From contig CBDETY010000003.1 of assembly GCA_965243025.1 (NCBI GenBank), forward strand, positions 3,808,001 to 3,872,000: DNA of 64,000 nucleotides, written 5' to 3'. The first letter of the stretch is position 1. Each line of letters starts with the position of its first letter. Below the pieces are notes generated by a model. It did not search any database. It was given only the letters and a program-made list of their open reading frames with translations, and was not told the DNA's origin. The stretch is from Candidatus Latescibacterota bacterium. Lineage in GTDB: Bacteria > Latescibacterota > UBA2968 > UBA8231. A program made the position numbers and the translations under genes. This document shows, piece by piece, positions 10,187 to 20,893 of the stretch.

Positions 10187-10648
10187 ATGGGGGTACCTAT
10201 CGAGGTAACCGTAAACGGGCAGACCCACCAGCACGAGGTCGAGCCGCGCACCCTGCTCGTCAGCTACCTGCGCGAGACCCTCGGGCTCACCGGGACTCAC
10301 GTCGGCTGCGACACGAGCAGCTGCGGGGCCTGCACCATCGTCGTCGACGGCCAGGCCGTGAAGTCCTGCACCATGCTCGCCGTCCAGGCGGACGGGCGCG
10401 AGGTCACGACCATCGAAGGGCTCGCCAGCGACGGCGAGCTGCACCCGATCCAGCAGGGGTTCCGCGAGGAGCACGGCCTGCAGTGCGGCTTCTGCACCCC
10501 CGGCATGATCATGACCGCCTGGCAGATTCTCGAGGACAACCCGAACCCCTCCGACGAGGAGATCCGGCACGGTCTCGAGGGCAACTTCTGCCGCTGCACG
10601 GGGTACGACAACATCGTCCGCGCGGTGCAGCACGCCGCCGCGAGCTAG
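10187..10648 (+). CDS. coxS: Molybdenum hydroxylase [2Fe-2S] small subunit
   Basis: [26 protein letters not shown]; AGGAGG RBS. Confidence 0.93.
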   Translation: MGVPIEVTVNGQTHQHEVEPRTLLVSYLRETLGLTGTHVGCDTSSCGACTIVVDGQAVKSCTMLAVQADGREVTTIEGLASDGELHPIQQGFREEHGLQCGFCTPGMIMTAWQILEDNPNPSDEEIRHGLEGNFCRCTGYDNIVRAVQHAAAS

Positions 10649-10713
10649 CAGGGGACCCCCCGGATGACTTTCACCTTCAACACCTCGCCGGTGCAGCCGG
10701 CACGGAGACAGCC

Positions 10714-13080
10714 ATGAGCGTACTCGGACAATCCGTAAAGCGCGTGGAAGACCACAAGTTCATCACCGGCAAAGGGCGCTACACCGACGACATCGTCCTC
10801 CCGCGCATGACCTTCGCCGCGGTGGTGCGGTCGCCGCACGCGCACGCCAACATCAGGGGGATCGACTCCTCGGCAGCGGCCGCGGCCGACGGCGTCGTCG
10901 CCGTCCTCAACGGCGAGGAGATGGCCGCCGACGGCATCGGCGGGCTGCCCGCCGGCTGGCAGGTCGACTTCAAGAACGGCGACACCATGAAGGAGCCGCC
11001 GCATCCGCCGCTGGCGGTCGGCAAGGTGCGCCACGTCGGCGATTCCGTCGCCGTCGTCGTCGCCGAGACCCGCGAGCAGGCCAGGGACGCGGCCGATCTC
11101 GTCAAGGTCGACTACGAACCCCTCGACGCCGTCGTCGACGTCGTCGCCGCCCAGGCAGAAGGGGCCCCGCAGCTTCACGAAGACGTCCCCGACAACGTCC
11201 CCTTCGACTGGGAGCTCGGCGACAAGGAAGCGGCCGACGCCGCCATCGCCGGCGCCGCCCACGTCACCACCCTCGAATACGCCAACCAGCGCCTGATCCC
11301 CAACGCCATCGAGCCGCGCTGCGCCATCGGCGACTACGACGGCGCCCGCGACCACTACACCCTCTACACCTCCTCCCAGAACCCCCACGTCATCCGGCTG
11401 CTGATGTCGGCCTTCGTGATGGGGCTCCCGGAGCACAAGGTGCGGGTGGTGTCCCCCGACGTCGGGGGCGGGTTCGGCAGCAAGATCTTCCACTACGCCG
11501 AGGAAGTGATCGCCATGTGGGCCTCCAAGCGCACCGGGCGGCCGGTGAAGTGGACGGCCGAGCGCAGCGAGAGCTTCCTGACCGACGCCCACGGCCGCGA
11601 CCACGCCACCAGGGCGGAGATGGGCTTCGACGGCGACGGCAACATCGTCGGCCTGCGGGTCGAGACCCACGCCAACATGGGGGCCTACTTCTCGACCTTC
11701 GCCCCCTGCATCCCCACCTACCTCTACGGCACCCTGCTGCAGGGGCTCTACAAGACCCCGGCGATCCACGTCGACGTCACCGCGGCCTTCACCAACACGG
11801 TTCCGGTCGACGCCGTGCGCGGCGCCGGGCGGCCCGAGGCGACCTACCTGCTCGAGCGGCTGCTCGACCAGGCGGCGCACGAGACCGGCAGGGACCCGGC
11901 CGAGCTGCGGCGCCAGAACTTCATCCCGGCGTTCGACGGCGTCGAACAGCCCGGGTACGAGACCCAGGTCGCGCTGGTCTACGACAGCGGCGACTACGAG
12001 GCGGTTCTCGACAAGGCGCTCGCCAATGCCGACTACGCCGGCCTGCGCAGGGAGCAGGAAGAGGCCCGCGCCGAAGGGCGGCTGCTCGGCATCGGGTTCT
12101 CGACCTACATCGAGGCCTGCGGCATCGCCCCCTCGGCCGTCGTCGGCGCCCTGGGCGCGCGCGCCGGACTCTACGAGAGCGGCACGGTGCGGGTGCAGCC
12201 GACCGGCAAGGTGTCGGTCTACACCGGCAGCCACTCGCACGGCCAGGGGCACGACACCACCTTCTCGCAGCTCGTCTCCGACAGCCTCGGCATCCCGATG
12301 GATGACGTCGAGATCGTCCACGGCGACACCGAGCAGGTGCCGTTCGGCATGGGCACCTACGGGTCGCGCTCGCTGGCGGTAGGCGGCATGGCCATCACCA
12401 AAAGCCTCGACAAGGTCAAGGAGAAGGGGGCGAAGATCGCCGCCCACCTGCTCGAGGCCTCAGAAGAGGACCTCGAGTACGTCGACGCCTCCTGGAAGGT
12501 GAAGGGGACCGACCAGTCGGTCGGCTTCGGCGACGTCGCCCTGACCGCGTACGTGCCGCACAACTACCCGGAGGGGCTCGAGCCCGGCCTCGAGTTCACC
12601 AGCTTCTACGACCCGGCCAACTTCACCTTCCCGTACGGCGCCCACATCGCCCTCGTCGAGGTCTGCCCCTACACCGGCATGGTGCAGCTGAGGCGCTACA
12701 TCGCCGTCGACGACGTCGGCAACGTCGTCAACCCTATGATCGTCGACGGGCAGGTCCACGGCGGCATCACCCACGGCGTCGGACAGGCCCTGCTCGAAGG
12801 GGCGGTGTACGACGACAACGGCCAGCTCACCAACGGCTCCTACATGGACTACGCGATGCCGCGCGCCGACGACGTGCCGCGCTTCGAGACCGACCGCACC
12901 GTCACCCCGTGCCCCCACAACGCCCTCGGCGTCAAGGGAGCCGGAGAGACCGGCACCATCGGCTCGACGCCGGCGGTGGTCAACGCGGTGGTCGACGCCC
13001 TCTGGCATCTCGGCGTCCGCGACCTGCAGATGCCGCTGACCCCGCAGACCGTGTGGAAGGCCATCCAGGACGCGGCCTAA
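10714..13080 (+). CDS. coxL: Xanthine dehydrogenase family molybdopterin-binding subunit, form II CoxL-like
   Basis: VGGGFGSK, active-site AVRGAGR (form II-like), HGQGH, GTYGSRS, GQVHGG, KGAGETG. Confidence 0.92.
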   Translation: MSVLGQSVKRVEDHKFITGKGRYTDDIVLPRMTFAAVVRSPHAHANIRGIDSSAAAAADGVVAVLNGEEMAADGIGGLPAGWQVDFKNGDTMKEPPHPPLAVGKVRHVGDSVAVVVAETREQARDAADLVKVDYEPLDAVVDVVAAQAEGAPQLHEDVPDNVPFDWELGDKEAADAAIAGAAHVTTLEYANQRLIPNAIEPRCAIGDYDGARDHYTLYTSSQNPHVIRLLMSAFVMGLPEHKVRVVSPDVGGGFGSKIFHYAEEVIAMWASKRTGRPVKWTAERSESFLTDAHGRDHATRAEMGFDGDGNIVGLRVETHANMGAYFSTFAPCIPTYLYGTLLQGLYKTPAIHVDVTAAFTNTVPVDAVRGAGRPEATYLLERLLDQAAHETGRDPAELRRQNFIPAFDGVEQPGYETQVALVYDSGDYEAVLDKALANADYAGLRREQEEARAEGRLLGIGFSTYIEACGIAPSAVVGALGARAGLYESGTVRVQPTGKVSVYTGSHSHGQGHDTTFSQLVSDSLGIPMDDVEIVHGDTEQVPFGMGTYGSRSLAVGGMAITKSLDKVKEKGAKIAAHLLEASEEDLEYVDASWKVKGTDQSVGFGDVALTAYVPHNYPEGLEPGLEFTSFYDPANFTFPYGAHIALVEVCPYTGMVQLRRYIAVDDVGNVVNPMIVDGQVHGGITHGVGQALLEGAVYDDNGQLTNGSYMDYAMPRADDVPRFETDRTVTPCPHNALGVKGAGETGTIGSTPAVVNAVVDALWHLGVRDLQMPLTPQTVWKAIQDAA

Positions 13081-13099
13081 AGGAGAGAGGAGACAGGAA

Positions 13100-13960
13100 A
13101 TGACACCCGAAGCATTCGAATACCACCGTCCCGCCACTGTCGACGAAGCGCTTTCCCTGCTCGGGGAGCACGGTGACGACGCCAAGCTCCTGGCCGGGGG
13201 CCACAGCCTGCTGCCGGCGATGAAGCTGCGCCTCTCGGCGCCCGGCCACCTCATCGACGTCGGCCAGATCGACGAGCTGCAGCAGATCTCGACCGACGGC
13301 GACGACGTCGTCATCGGCGCCGGGGCCACCCACCACGACATCGAGTCCTCCGACATCGTCGGTGAGAAGGCCCCGCTGCTCGCCCAGGCGGCCGGCTCCA
13401 TCGGCGACGTCCAGGTCCGCAACATGGGCACCATCGGCGGCAGCCTCGCGCACGCCGACCCGGCCGCCGACTATCCGGCCGCGGTGCTGGCCGCCGACGC
13501 GCGGGTCCGCGTCAGGGGACCCGGAGGGGAACGCGAGATCGCCGCCTCCTTCTTCTTCGTCGAGCTCTACATGACCAGCCTGGCCCCCGACGAGATCATC
13601 CTCGACGTGCGGGTGCCTTCGCAGGGAGCCGGCACCGGCTCTTCGTACGCCAAGTTCCCCCACCCGGCGTCGCGGTTCGCGGTCTGCGGGTGCGCCGCCT
13701 CGGTGACCAGGAACGGCGGCAGCTGCAGCGACGTCCGCGTCGGCTTCACCGGCATCGCCAACGCCGCTTTCCGGGACCTCGGCGTGGAGAATGCGATGAA
13801 CGGCAGCTCCGGCGATTCCGGGGCGATCTCGGCGGCCGCGGCCAACGCCGCCCAGGGGGTCGAGCTGCTGAGCGATTCGTTCGCCGGGGAGGAGTACCGG
13901 CGGCACCTCGCCTCAGTGCTCGCGATGAAAGCTCTCGGCGAGGCGGTCCGGGCGGCATAG
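13100..13960 (+). CDS. coxM: Molybdenum hydroxylase FAD-binding medium subunit
   Basis: [34 protein letters not shown]. Confidence 0.93.
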   Translation: MTPEAFEYHRPATVDEALSLLGEHGDDAKLLAGGHSLLPAMKLRLSAPGHLIDVGQIDELQQISTDGDDVVIGAGATHHDIESSDIVGEKAPLLAQAAGSIGDVQVRNMGTIGGSLAHADPAADYPAAVLAADARVRVRGPGGEREIAASFFFVELYMTSLAPDEIILDVRVPSQGAGTGSSYAKFPHPASRFAVCGCAASVTRNGGSCSDVRVGFTGIANAAFRDLGVENAMNGSSGDSGAISAAAANAAQGVELLSDSFAGEEYRRHLASVLAMKALGEAVRAA

Positions 13961-13972
13961 GAGTCTGAATTG

Positions 13973-14046
13973 GCTGGCGCCCGGCAGTGGGCGCCAGCAT
14001 GATCAGAGGGGGCAGGCGCCGAGTCTCAGCGCCTGCCCTTTCTCTT
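13973..14046 (+). terminator. Two tandem hairpins after coxM; the second is an intrinsic terminator
   Basis: GCTGGCGCCC/GGGCGCCAGC (13973-13998), then GGGCAGGCGC/GCGCCTGCCC (14010-14038) followed by TTTCTCTT. Confidence 0.65.
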
Positions 14047-14049
14047 GAG

Positions 14050-14814
14050 ATGAAGAAGCGGGCGCGCACAGCAGCCCTTTTCCTACTGGGAATCGGTGCG
14101 GCTCACACCGCATGTTCGGTTACGCGTCCCTCGAAATCGACATCTCCCGAACGGGTAGTCCTGACGAACAGCCGGGAAACAGTTACATATCCGGCGAACA
14201 GTTCGTTCTATTTTCGATGGGAAATAGAACACAGAGCTGACAGCACCAGGGCTGTGACAGCCACCGGAAGCGAATCCATTCCCGTTCGGATCGTGGACGG
14301 AAACGATACCCACCTGTGGCTGGAATCCAAATCCTGGAACAGTGTCAAAAAAATCCCACCCGGTTACAGCAAGGAAAAGACGATCAGATTTTCAAGGCGC
14401 AAGGATCGGGTTCAGGTCGGACTGCCCATCTCATCCTTGACGGAGGTGAGCATCGATACCGACCAGAAAGTCCAAAGGAAGAAAAGTGGAAGAACCGTGT
14501 TGCAGAACATGATCTTCGGGGCATGTGTCGGGTTTACTGTCGTCATACAGGTAGTTAATCTGGAGAGTGAGCCTTGGGAAGAGGATGCAGATTGGGACGG
14601 GGATGACGGGGAGGCTGTACTTGGGTTGTTTGGCTTTGCGATTCTGGGAGGAACCTTAGGTGCCGTCGGATACCCCATCTATGATGTTGTCAAAACAACA
14701 AAAAAGGTCAACTTCCGGAAAAAATATCCCCTCGCAGGTTCCGATGGATTCCGGTTGGAAATCAGAAACAGGGGAAGAAAACAGAAATGGTCATTTCGAC
14801 ACCTGAGCTCCTAA
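14050..14814 (+). CDS. Hypothetical lipoprotein/membrane protein in an AT-richer patch
   Basis: MKKRAR + hydrophobic stretch + HTAC (lipobox-like); two C-terminal hydrophobic helices; codon usage unlike neighbours. Confidence 0.65.
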   Translation: MKKRARTAALFLLGIGAAHTACSVTRPSKSTSPERVVLTNSRETVTYPANSSFYFRWEIEHRADSTRAVTATGSESIPVRIVDGNDTHLWLESKSWNSVKKIPPGYSKEKTIRFSRRKDRVQVGLPISSLTEVSIDTDQKVQRKKSGRTVLQNMIFGACVGFTVVIQVVNLESEPWEEDADWDGDDGEAVLGLFGFAILGGTLGAVGYPIYDVVKTTKKVNFRKKYPLAGSDGFRLEIRNRGRKQKWSFRHLSS

Positions 14815-14883
14815 AATGATAGTTAAGTTCGCTGTTTGGTCCTTCTTTTACCTCCCCGTTACCCCATCCCGAGGAAAACCGAA

Positions 14884-15738
14884 TTGAGCGAAATCAAGCT
14901 GGCAGGAGCCCAGTGGAGTTGGGTGGGGGCGAGCCTGCGGGAGTCGGCCGGCATCTACCGGGCTCTCGGGATCGGCGCCATGGACCTCATCACCGCCCCC
15001 GGCATGCCGCTCGACGTCGGTGAGATAGAGAGCGACCCGCAGGCGGTTGCCCGGCGGGTCGGAGAGGATCTCGCCGGCGTCGAGGTCGAGCTCGTCAACC
15101 TCATGACCCTGATCGGCACGGACTTCGAGGATCGGGCCCTGAACTCTCCTGACGAGGCGATGCGCCAACGCAACGCCGATTCGGTTGCCGCCCTCTGCGA
15201 GTTCGCCGCCGCGGCCGGCCTGAAGTCGATCACCCTGGTCCCGGGTGTCGAGCACCCGGGGATGTCCCGCGAGGATTCCCAGGCACTCTCCTCCGAGGCG
15301 CTGCGGGCGGCGGCGGAAACCGGAGCCAAGGCCGGGGTCGACGTGGTCTTCGAGCCGCACCGCGAGTCGGTGCTGGAGAGCCCGGCCGAGACCCTCGCCT
15401 TCATGCAGCAGAACCCCGACCTCAGGATCTGCGTCGACTACTCCCACTGCGTGTCGATCGGCTACAGGGAAGAGGAGCTGCACCCGCTGCTGCCGTACGC
15501 CGGCCACGTGCACCTGCGCCAGGGGGCCGCCGGCCAGATCCAGGCGCGCTGGGACGACGGGGAGATCGATTTCCCCGGACTGATGCGGCGGCTCGCCGAA
15601 CAGGGGTACGACGGCTACGCCACCCTCGAGTACGAGCACGAGGAGGTGTGGGACATGGACAAGGCCGACACCATGAAAGAGACCATCCGAATGAGGGACG
15701 CGGTTCTTCCCTTCGTGGCGGCTCCGGCTTCTCCGTGA
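14884..15738 (+). CDS. Sugar phosphate isomerase/epimerase (xylose isomerase-like TIM barrel)
   Basis: FEPH, DYSH, HVHLR, GYDGYATLEYE; TTG start after GAGG. Confidence 0.85.
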   Translation: MSEIKLAGAQWSWVGASLRESAGIYRALGIGAMDLITAPGMPLDVGEIESDPQAVARRVGEDLAGVEVELVNLMTLIGTDFEDRALNSPDEAMRQRNADSVAALCEFAAAAGLKSITLVPGVEHPGMSREDSQALSSEALRAAAETGAKAGVDVVFEPHRESVLESPAETLAFMQQNPDLRICVDYSHCVSIGYREEELHPLLPYAGHVHLRQGAAGQIQARWDDGEIDFPGLMRRLAEQGYDGYATLEYEHEEVWDMDKADTMKETIRMRDAVLPFVAAPASP

Positions 15739-15902
15739 AGCTGCCTGCCTGGGAATCCACATGCCACCCCCTTCAGGCCGCGCTCAAGTACACATTCCTG
15801 CAATTTGCACTCCGGGGAAAACAGGAAAGCACCTTCCAGGTGCTGCCGGAAGGCGCTTCTTCGTTGTTCCTTGCCGATGGCGCTGTGCCGTCTGCCGCCG
15901 GG

Positions 15903-16801
15903 CTACCTACCCAGGGTATCGGGAAGCGGGGGCAGCCGGGAGATGAAACAGAGGCTGTCGCCGTCCGGGGACCAGACCGGCTGCCGGTCGTAATTCCCCG
16001 ATGTCAATTTCACCATCTCCGTTCCATCCGAAACCATTTTGTAGATGCAGAACTGGCCATTTCGGTCGGAGGCGAATGCGATCTCTCCGTTACGGGACCA
16101 GGACGGTTCTCGATCTTCTCCAGAATAATCGGTGAGCCGGACCACCTCTCCGCTTGCCACATCTACGACGCAGAGGTCGATATTGCCAAAACGGTCGCTT
16201 TCGAAAGCAATGCGATCCCCATCCGGAGACCACGTTCCGCGCCCGTCGTACTTCTGGTGCTGAGTCAAGTTGCGAAGATTTTGCCCGTACCGGTCGGCAC
16301 GAACAGTTCCATGTTTCCGTTGCGAAACGTGGTAATAATGAAGTGTCCACCATCGGGCGACCAGAGCGGAAAGATTCCATCCGGCACGATTAATTCCAAC
16401 TCCGGATCTTCGGCTCCCAGTTCCATTCGGTAGATGTCGAACGTCCCTTCCGGATCTGCGGTTCTTCCCGACAAGAGCATCTCCGTACCGTCGGGGGCGA
16501 TGGAGATTCCCACCACGGTAACGATGGGCGAAGGGACCGGAACAGTCAGCAGTTTCTCCCCGGACGTGGAAACCAGATGAAAGGTGTTTTCGCTGCTGGT
16601 ATGGGCGACGTACAGGATGCTTCGGCCGTCCGGCATCCAACACGGGGTATCGGTGCTGTCTACGACCGATATGCGCTTGACGGAACCCCCCTCCCCGGAT
16701 GTGAGGAACACGCTTCCCTCGCGGTCATGGGCTGAGACCGGTTGCTCCCAAAGGCAGCAGCATAACCCCAACAAGGCGATTGGTTTGTGAAAACTGACCA
16801 T
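15903..16801 (-). pseudogene. TolB-like (PD40 repeat) secreted beta-propeller, split by a -1 frameshift near 16298
   Basis: Signal peptide and WSPDG repeats continue across ORFs 16265-16801 and 15903-16643; restoring one base in TTC GT(G) GCC GAC joins them. Confidence 0.75.
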
Positions 16802-16802
16802 A

Positions 16803-17710
16803 TTATTTCACCTCCAGGGCGGCCTTGATCCGGCCCCAGGAAACCGACTCCACCGCACTGTCTCCGGGACCCAGCAGGAAACCGTCGAGTAATCCGTCTG
16901 CGTCTCTCCGCCAGGCCCTACGCCAATCCATCCGTCCAGGGGTCCACCATTCCCGTTCACCGGGGTCGTGGTCGTACACTATAATTCCGAAGCCGATGAC
17001 TTTGCCGGCGGCCAACTGACTGACTTCCATTTGTCCCGGGTAGTCCCAGCCTTCCCAGCTGTCGAACGGGGTAACGTACAGTTCGATCACGCTGATGACG
17101 GGAGCCTCACTGAAGACACCTCCTCCTCCATCCGCATAAGGAGGCCAAAAAATCCAACCGGAGGGACGGCTGCCATCCATAGCGATATTTTGACCCGTAG
17201 GTGTCTGGGAAATGGCGGTATATAGTTGGGCGTTTCCATTAGCCTCGATCACTTCCTCCTCTGTCGGATCTACAGTAAAGCCCCCACCGCCGCTGTGGTC
17301 CCGTCCACGATCAGCCCGATACTGTCATGCGTCCAAAGAACATTGCGAAAGTTGGTTTCCACATCGTAATCATGGGTATTCTCGTACACATCATCGCTGC
17401 CCACGAAGGCGACATACAGCCGAACCGGATCGTCGTGCCAGGCCAACCAGATGCGAAAATCCAGATCAGACGGATCGAGCGGCGTCCCGCTTCTTTTGTC
17501 CGTAAAATCAGATATAACCAGGTTCGCCTCTCCGGCCAGGTCATACCATTCATCTGCAATACCGTCATCGAGCTGAATCTCTTCCAGCGCCTCGTTGCTG
17601 AGGTAGAGAATCGGGTATACTCGGTCGTTGCGCACGTGGGCAGCGACCAGTCCCGGCAGACAGAGAAAAAAGGCGGCTTGCCATAAAGTGCTGATTCGAG
17701 CAGAGGTCAT
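16803..17710 (-). pseudogene. Secreted CBM9/DOMON-like protein with C-terminal WGRIKA tail (paralogue 1), split by a -1 frameshift at 17300-17302
   Basis: Signal peptide, DFRIWLAW; one extra G restores VDGDHSGG and joins ORF 16803-17252, which ends SAVESVSWGRIKAALEVK. Confidence 0.8.
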
Positions 17711-17731
17711 CGTTCGCCTTTCCTGGATTGC

Positions 17732-17786
17732 AAAAAAAGGCGGACGAGCATCCGACTCACCGCGATGAATCGATCACTCGTCCGCC
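17732..17786 (-). terminator. Intrinsic terminator/attenuator in the leader of paralogue 1
   Basis: Stem GGCGGACGAG/CTCGTCCGCC followed by T7 on the minus strand, ending ~20 nt upstream of the ATG at 17710. Confidence 0.7.
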
Positions 17787-18200
17787 GCCGCAGACCTGTG
17801 CCAGGTTTACTCTAGCCCCAGCAAGTGCACCACCCAGTACACCCGTTGGTCTGAGAAAACGAGGAACTCCCGTGCCCCAAGGCGGAACACTGGTAGGCAC
17901 ACGCGCTCGAGCTGGTGTTGGTATGATGGTGCGAGGACCCGCTGGCTTGAGAAGGGTGGGCGATCACAGTGGCGGAGCAGCCGCCGGGTGCCGGTCCCTT
18001 CGGCTGCCGTTGCGGACAAAACCAAAAAAAACAGGGCTTGTCAACCGGCTTTTTTCGGGCGCCCCTTCTTCATCAGCCCCTTACCGGGGCCGAGCGTCTC
18101 GCCAGCGAATGCCCCGGCGATCCCTCTTCGGTGAAACCGATGGAAACCTTCAGGGTCATCCTGTTCAGAACACCCCCTTCTTCACGAAACCGAGGTCACC

Positions 18201-19277
18201 ATGGCTGACAAGGCAAGAATCGGCATCATCGGCACCGGGTGGTGGGCGACGACCGCCCACTTCCCCGCCGTCCTCGCCCACCCCGATGCGGAGCTGGCCG
18301 CCGCCGCGGACCTCCGTCCCGATATCCTGGCGAAGGCCGCCGAAGCGTACGGGGTCGAGCGCACCTACACCGACTACCGCGAGATGCTGGAGAAGGAGCG
18401 GCTCGACGGAGCCGTCGTCGCCGTCTGGCACGCGAAGCATTTCGAGGTCGCCCGCACCTGCCTGGAGGCCGGCCTGCACGTCATGCTGGAAAAGCCGATG
18501 GTGCTGCGCGCCGCCCACGCCCGCGAGCTGGTCGAGCTTTCCAGGGCGAAGGGCCGCGAGCTGATCGTCGGCTACCCCTGGCACTTCACGCCGCATACCC
18601 TGCGCGCCAGGGAGGTCGTGCAGACCGGGGAGCTCGGCCCGGTCCTGCTCGTCAACTCCGTCTTCGCCTCGATGGTGCTGCAGTTCCTGCGCGGCGACGA
18701 CCGGACCTACAGGCCGCGCTTCGACTACCCCGTCGTCGGTCCCGGGGACGTGTACGCCGACATCGAGAAGTCCGGGGGCGGCCAGGGCCACCTGCAGGTG
18801 ACCCACTCGGCGGGGCTGGCCCTGTTCGTCACCGGGGCGAGGCCGGTGCGGACCGCCGCCCTGATGGAGAACCTCGACGTCGCCACCGACGTGGTCGACG
18901 CCATATCGGCGCGCCTCGACAACGGCGCCCTCGCCTCGGTCGCCAGCACCGGCGCCATCCGCCACGGCGACCCGGAGTGGCTGCGCACCGACATCGTCTG
19001 CGAGCAGGGACAGGTCTCGCTCGATTCCCTCGCGGGCACCGGAAGCATCACCCACCCCGACCACAGCGTCGAAACCCTCGAGCCGCTGGCCGGGGATGAC
19101 GCGATCTACCCGATGCAGGCCACCGCCTCGAACCTCGTGGACGTGATCACAGGATCTGCGGAGAACGGCTCGCCCGCTGAGGTGGGATGGCGAACCGTCG
19201 AGCTGCTCGACTCTGCCTACCGCTCCGCCGCAGGAGGGGGGCGGCCGGTCGATGTGGAGGAACTTTACTCCGAATAG
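18201..19277 (+). CDS. Gfo/Idh/MocA family oxidoreductase
   Basis: GIIGTGWW, HVMLEKPM. Confidence 0.9.
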   Translation: MADKARIGIIGTGWWATTAHFPAVLAHPDAELAAAADLRPDILAKAAEAYGVERTYTDYREMLEKERLDGAVVAVWHAKHFEVARTCLEAGLHVMLEKPMVLRAAHARELVELSRAKGRELIVGYPWHFTPHTLRAREVVQTGELGPVLLVNSVFASMVLQFLRGDDRTYRPRFDYPVVGPGDVYADIEKSGGGQGHLQVTHSAGLALFVTGARPVRTAALMENLDVATDVVDAISARLDNGALASVASTGAIRHGDPEWLRTDIVCEQGQVSLDSLAGTGSITHPDHSVETLEPLAGDDAIYPMQATASNLVDVITGSAENGSPAEVGWRTVELLDSAYRSAAGGGRPVDVEELYSE

Positions 19278-19472
19278 ATACAGCTATATCCAAGTGGGAA
19301 TCCGGCAGGTAGTTTTTGCGGCGGTTGTGGATTGCGGATGGCGCCGGATCCGGAAAAGCAGCAACCGAAGCAACGGGGTGCAGGATGGCGGCAGTTGCAC
19401 CCGGAATGAAACCAACCCCCTAAAACGCCCCGCCCTGGTGCGTGTCGACCCCCCGGCTGCTGCCCCCGGGAC

Positions 19473-20396
19473 TCACCCCGCCGGGCCGAAGTGCTCCCCC
19501 CAGTTTCTGCCGAGCTCGACCCCTGACTTCACCAGCATCGCCAGCTCGGTTTCCTCCAGCGGCTCGTACCCGCAGGCCAGCTCGATGTTCTGCTCGATCT
19601 CCTCTTCCCGGTACATCCCGATGACGTTGACCGCCACCCCGGGCAGGTCGAGACAGTAGCGGAAGGCGCGCTCGTAGTCGGAAAAGCCGTGGACGGCCAT
19701 GGCGGTGGGGCGGAAGCGCTCCTCCCCGTCGAGTTCGTACTTCATCTCCGAGGCGCCGCCGTACACCTTCATCGCCGCGACCCCGGTGTCCTGGGCGCGC
19801 GCCAGCGGCAGCACCTTCTCCTCGAAGTTGTAGGTGTGGCGGTCCCCCGGGTTCAGGGCGAACATGCCGACGTCGACGTCGGCGGACTTCAGGATGCGGG
19901 CGGAGTGGTCGGGCATGTGGTGGGCGGTGATGCCGACGAAGCGGGTCATGCCCCGCCGCTGCGCCTCGCGCAATCCGGCGAGCGACCCCTTGTCAGACAA
20001 CACCCCCTCCGGGTCGAGGTTGCCGACGCTGTGGACGTACACGAGGTCGAGCCGGTCGATGCGCAGGTCCTTCAGGCTCTGCTCGACGATGCGCAGGGCC
20101 TCGTCGTACTCGGCGGTGTACGCCTTGCTGACGAGAAACAGCCCCTCGCGGTGCGGCGGCAGGACCTCGCCGAGCTGCCGGTGGGCGCCGCCGTACCCGG
20201 GCGCGGTGTCGAAATAGGTGATCCCCAGGTCGAGGGCGCGCTGGTAGAGGGCGATGGCGTCGTCGTCCTTCATGCCGAGGCCGCCCGGCCCGGTCCCCAG
20301 GCCCAGCACCGGGACCAGCTCGCCGGTCTTCCCGAGCAGGCGCTGCGGAATGCTCCGGACTCGGGGGGTTTGCTCAGTTGCGGTGGTTGCGGTCAT
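19473..20396 (-). CDS. Aldo/keto reductase
   Basis: LGKTG..VPVLGLG, YFDTAPGYG, SLKDLRIDRLDLVYVH. Confidence 0.9.
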   Translation of the reverse strand: MTATTATEQTPRVRSIPQRLLGKTGELVPVLGLGTGPGGLGMKDDDAIALYQRALDLGITYFDTAPGYGGAHRQLGEVLPPHREGLFLVSKAYTAEYDEALRIVEQSLKDLRIDRLDLVYVHSVGNLDPEGVLSDKGSLAGLREAQRRGMTRFVGITAHHMPDHSARILKSADVDVGMFALNPGDRHTYNFEEKVLPLARAQDTGVAAMKVYGGASEMKYELDGEERFRPTAMAVHGFSDYERAFRYCLDLPGVAVNVIGMYREEEIEQNIELACGYEPLEETELAMLVKSGVELGRNWGEHFGPAG

Positions 20397-20821
20397 GGTT
20401 CCTCCCCTTTCTGCATGGCCTGCCCGGCGTTCCCGGCCGCGGGTTCCACTATCGGACACCCCGCTTCGGTCCAGCCGCGGTAGCCGCCGTCCATGGAAAT
20501 CACGTTGGCGTATCCCATCTTCCGCAAGCTGTCGGCGGCAAGGGCCGAGCGGTAGCCGCCGCCGCAGTACAGGACGATCTCCTCCCCGTAGTCGGGGAAG
20601 TGCTCCTCGATGTCCCGTTCGATGATGCCGCGGCCGAGGTGGAAGGCCCCGGGCAGATGCCCTTCAGCCCACTCGCTCTCCTCGCGGACGTCGACAAGAT
20701 GGAACTTCTCGCCCGAATCGATCCGCTCCCTGACCGCGGCGACGGTCGTCTCGCGGATGCGGCTCCTCGCGTCCTCGGCGAGCTTCTTGAAACGCTCGGT
20801 GTGTTCCTTGTGCAGGGCCAT
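20393..20821 (-). CDS. Single-domain rhodanese / sulfurtransferase
   Basis: LVDVREESEW..GHLPGA, YCGGGYRSALAA, SMDGG. Confidence 0.92.
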   Translation of the reverse strand: MALHKEHTERFKKLAEDARSRIRETTVAAVRERIDSGEKFHLVDVREESEWAEGHLPGAFHLGRGIIERDIEEHFPDYGEEIVLYCGGGYRSALAADSLRKMGYANVISMDGGYRGWTEAGCPIVEPAAGNAGQAMQKGEEP

Positions 20822-20893
20822 GGAATCTCCTGTGGCGGAAACTCGATTTCGTTTCGGAATACAGTTCGTCCGAGAAGGTACCCCGACCTGATT

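Noticed and set aside
10714-13080. CoxL as a bona fide form I CO dehydrogenase
   Set aside because: It lacks the AYxCSFR Cu-binding motif and the gene order is S-L-M.
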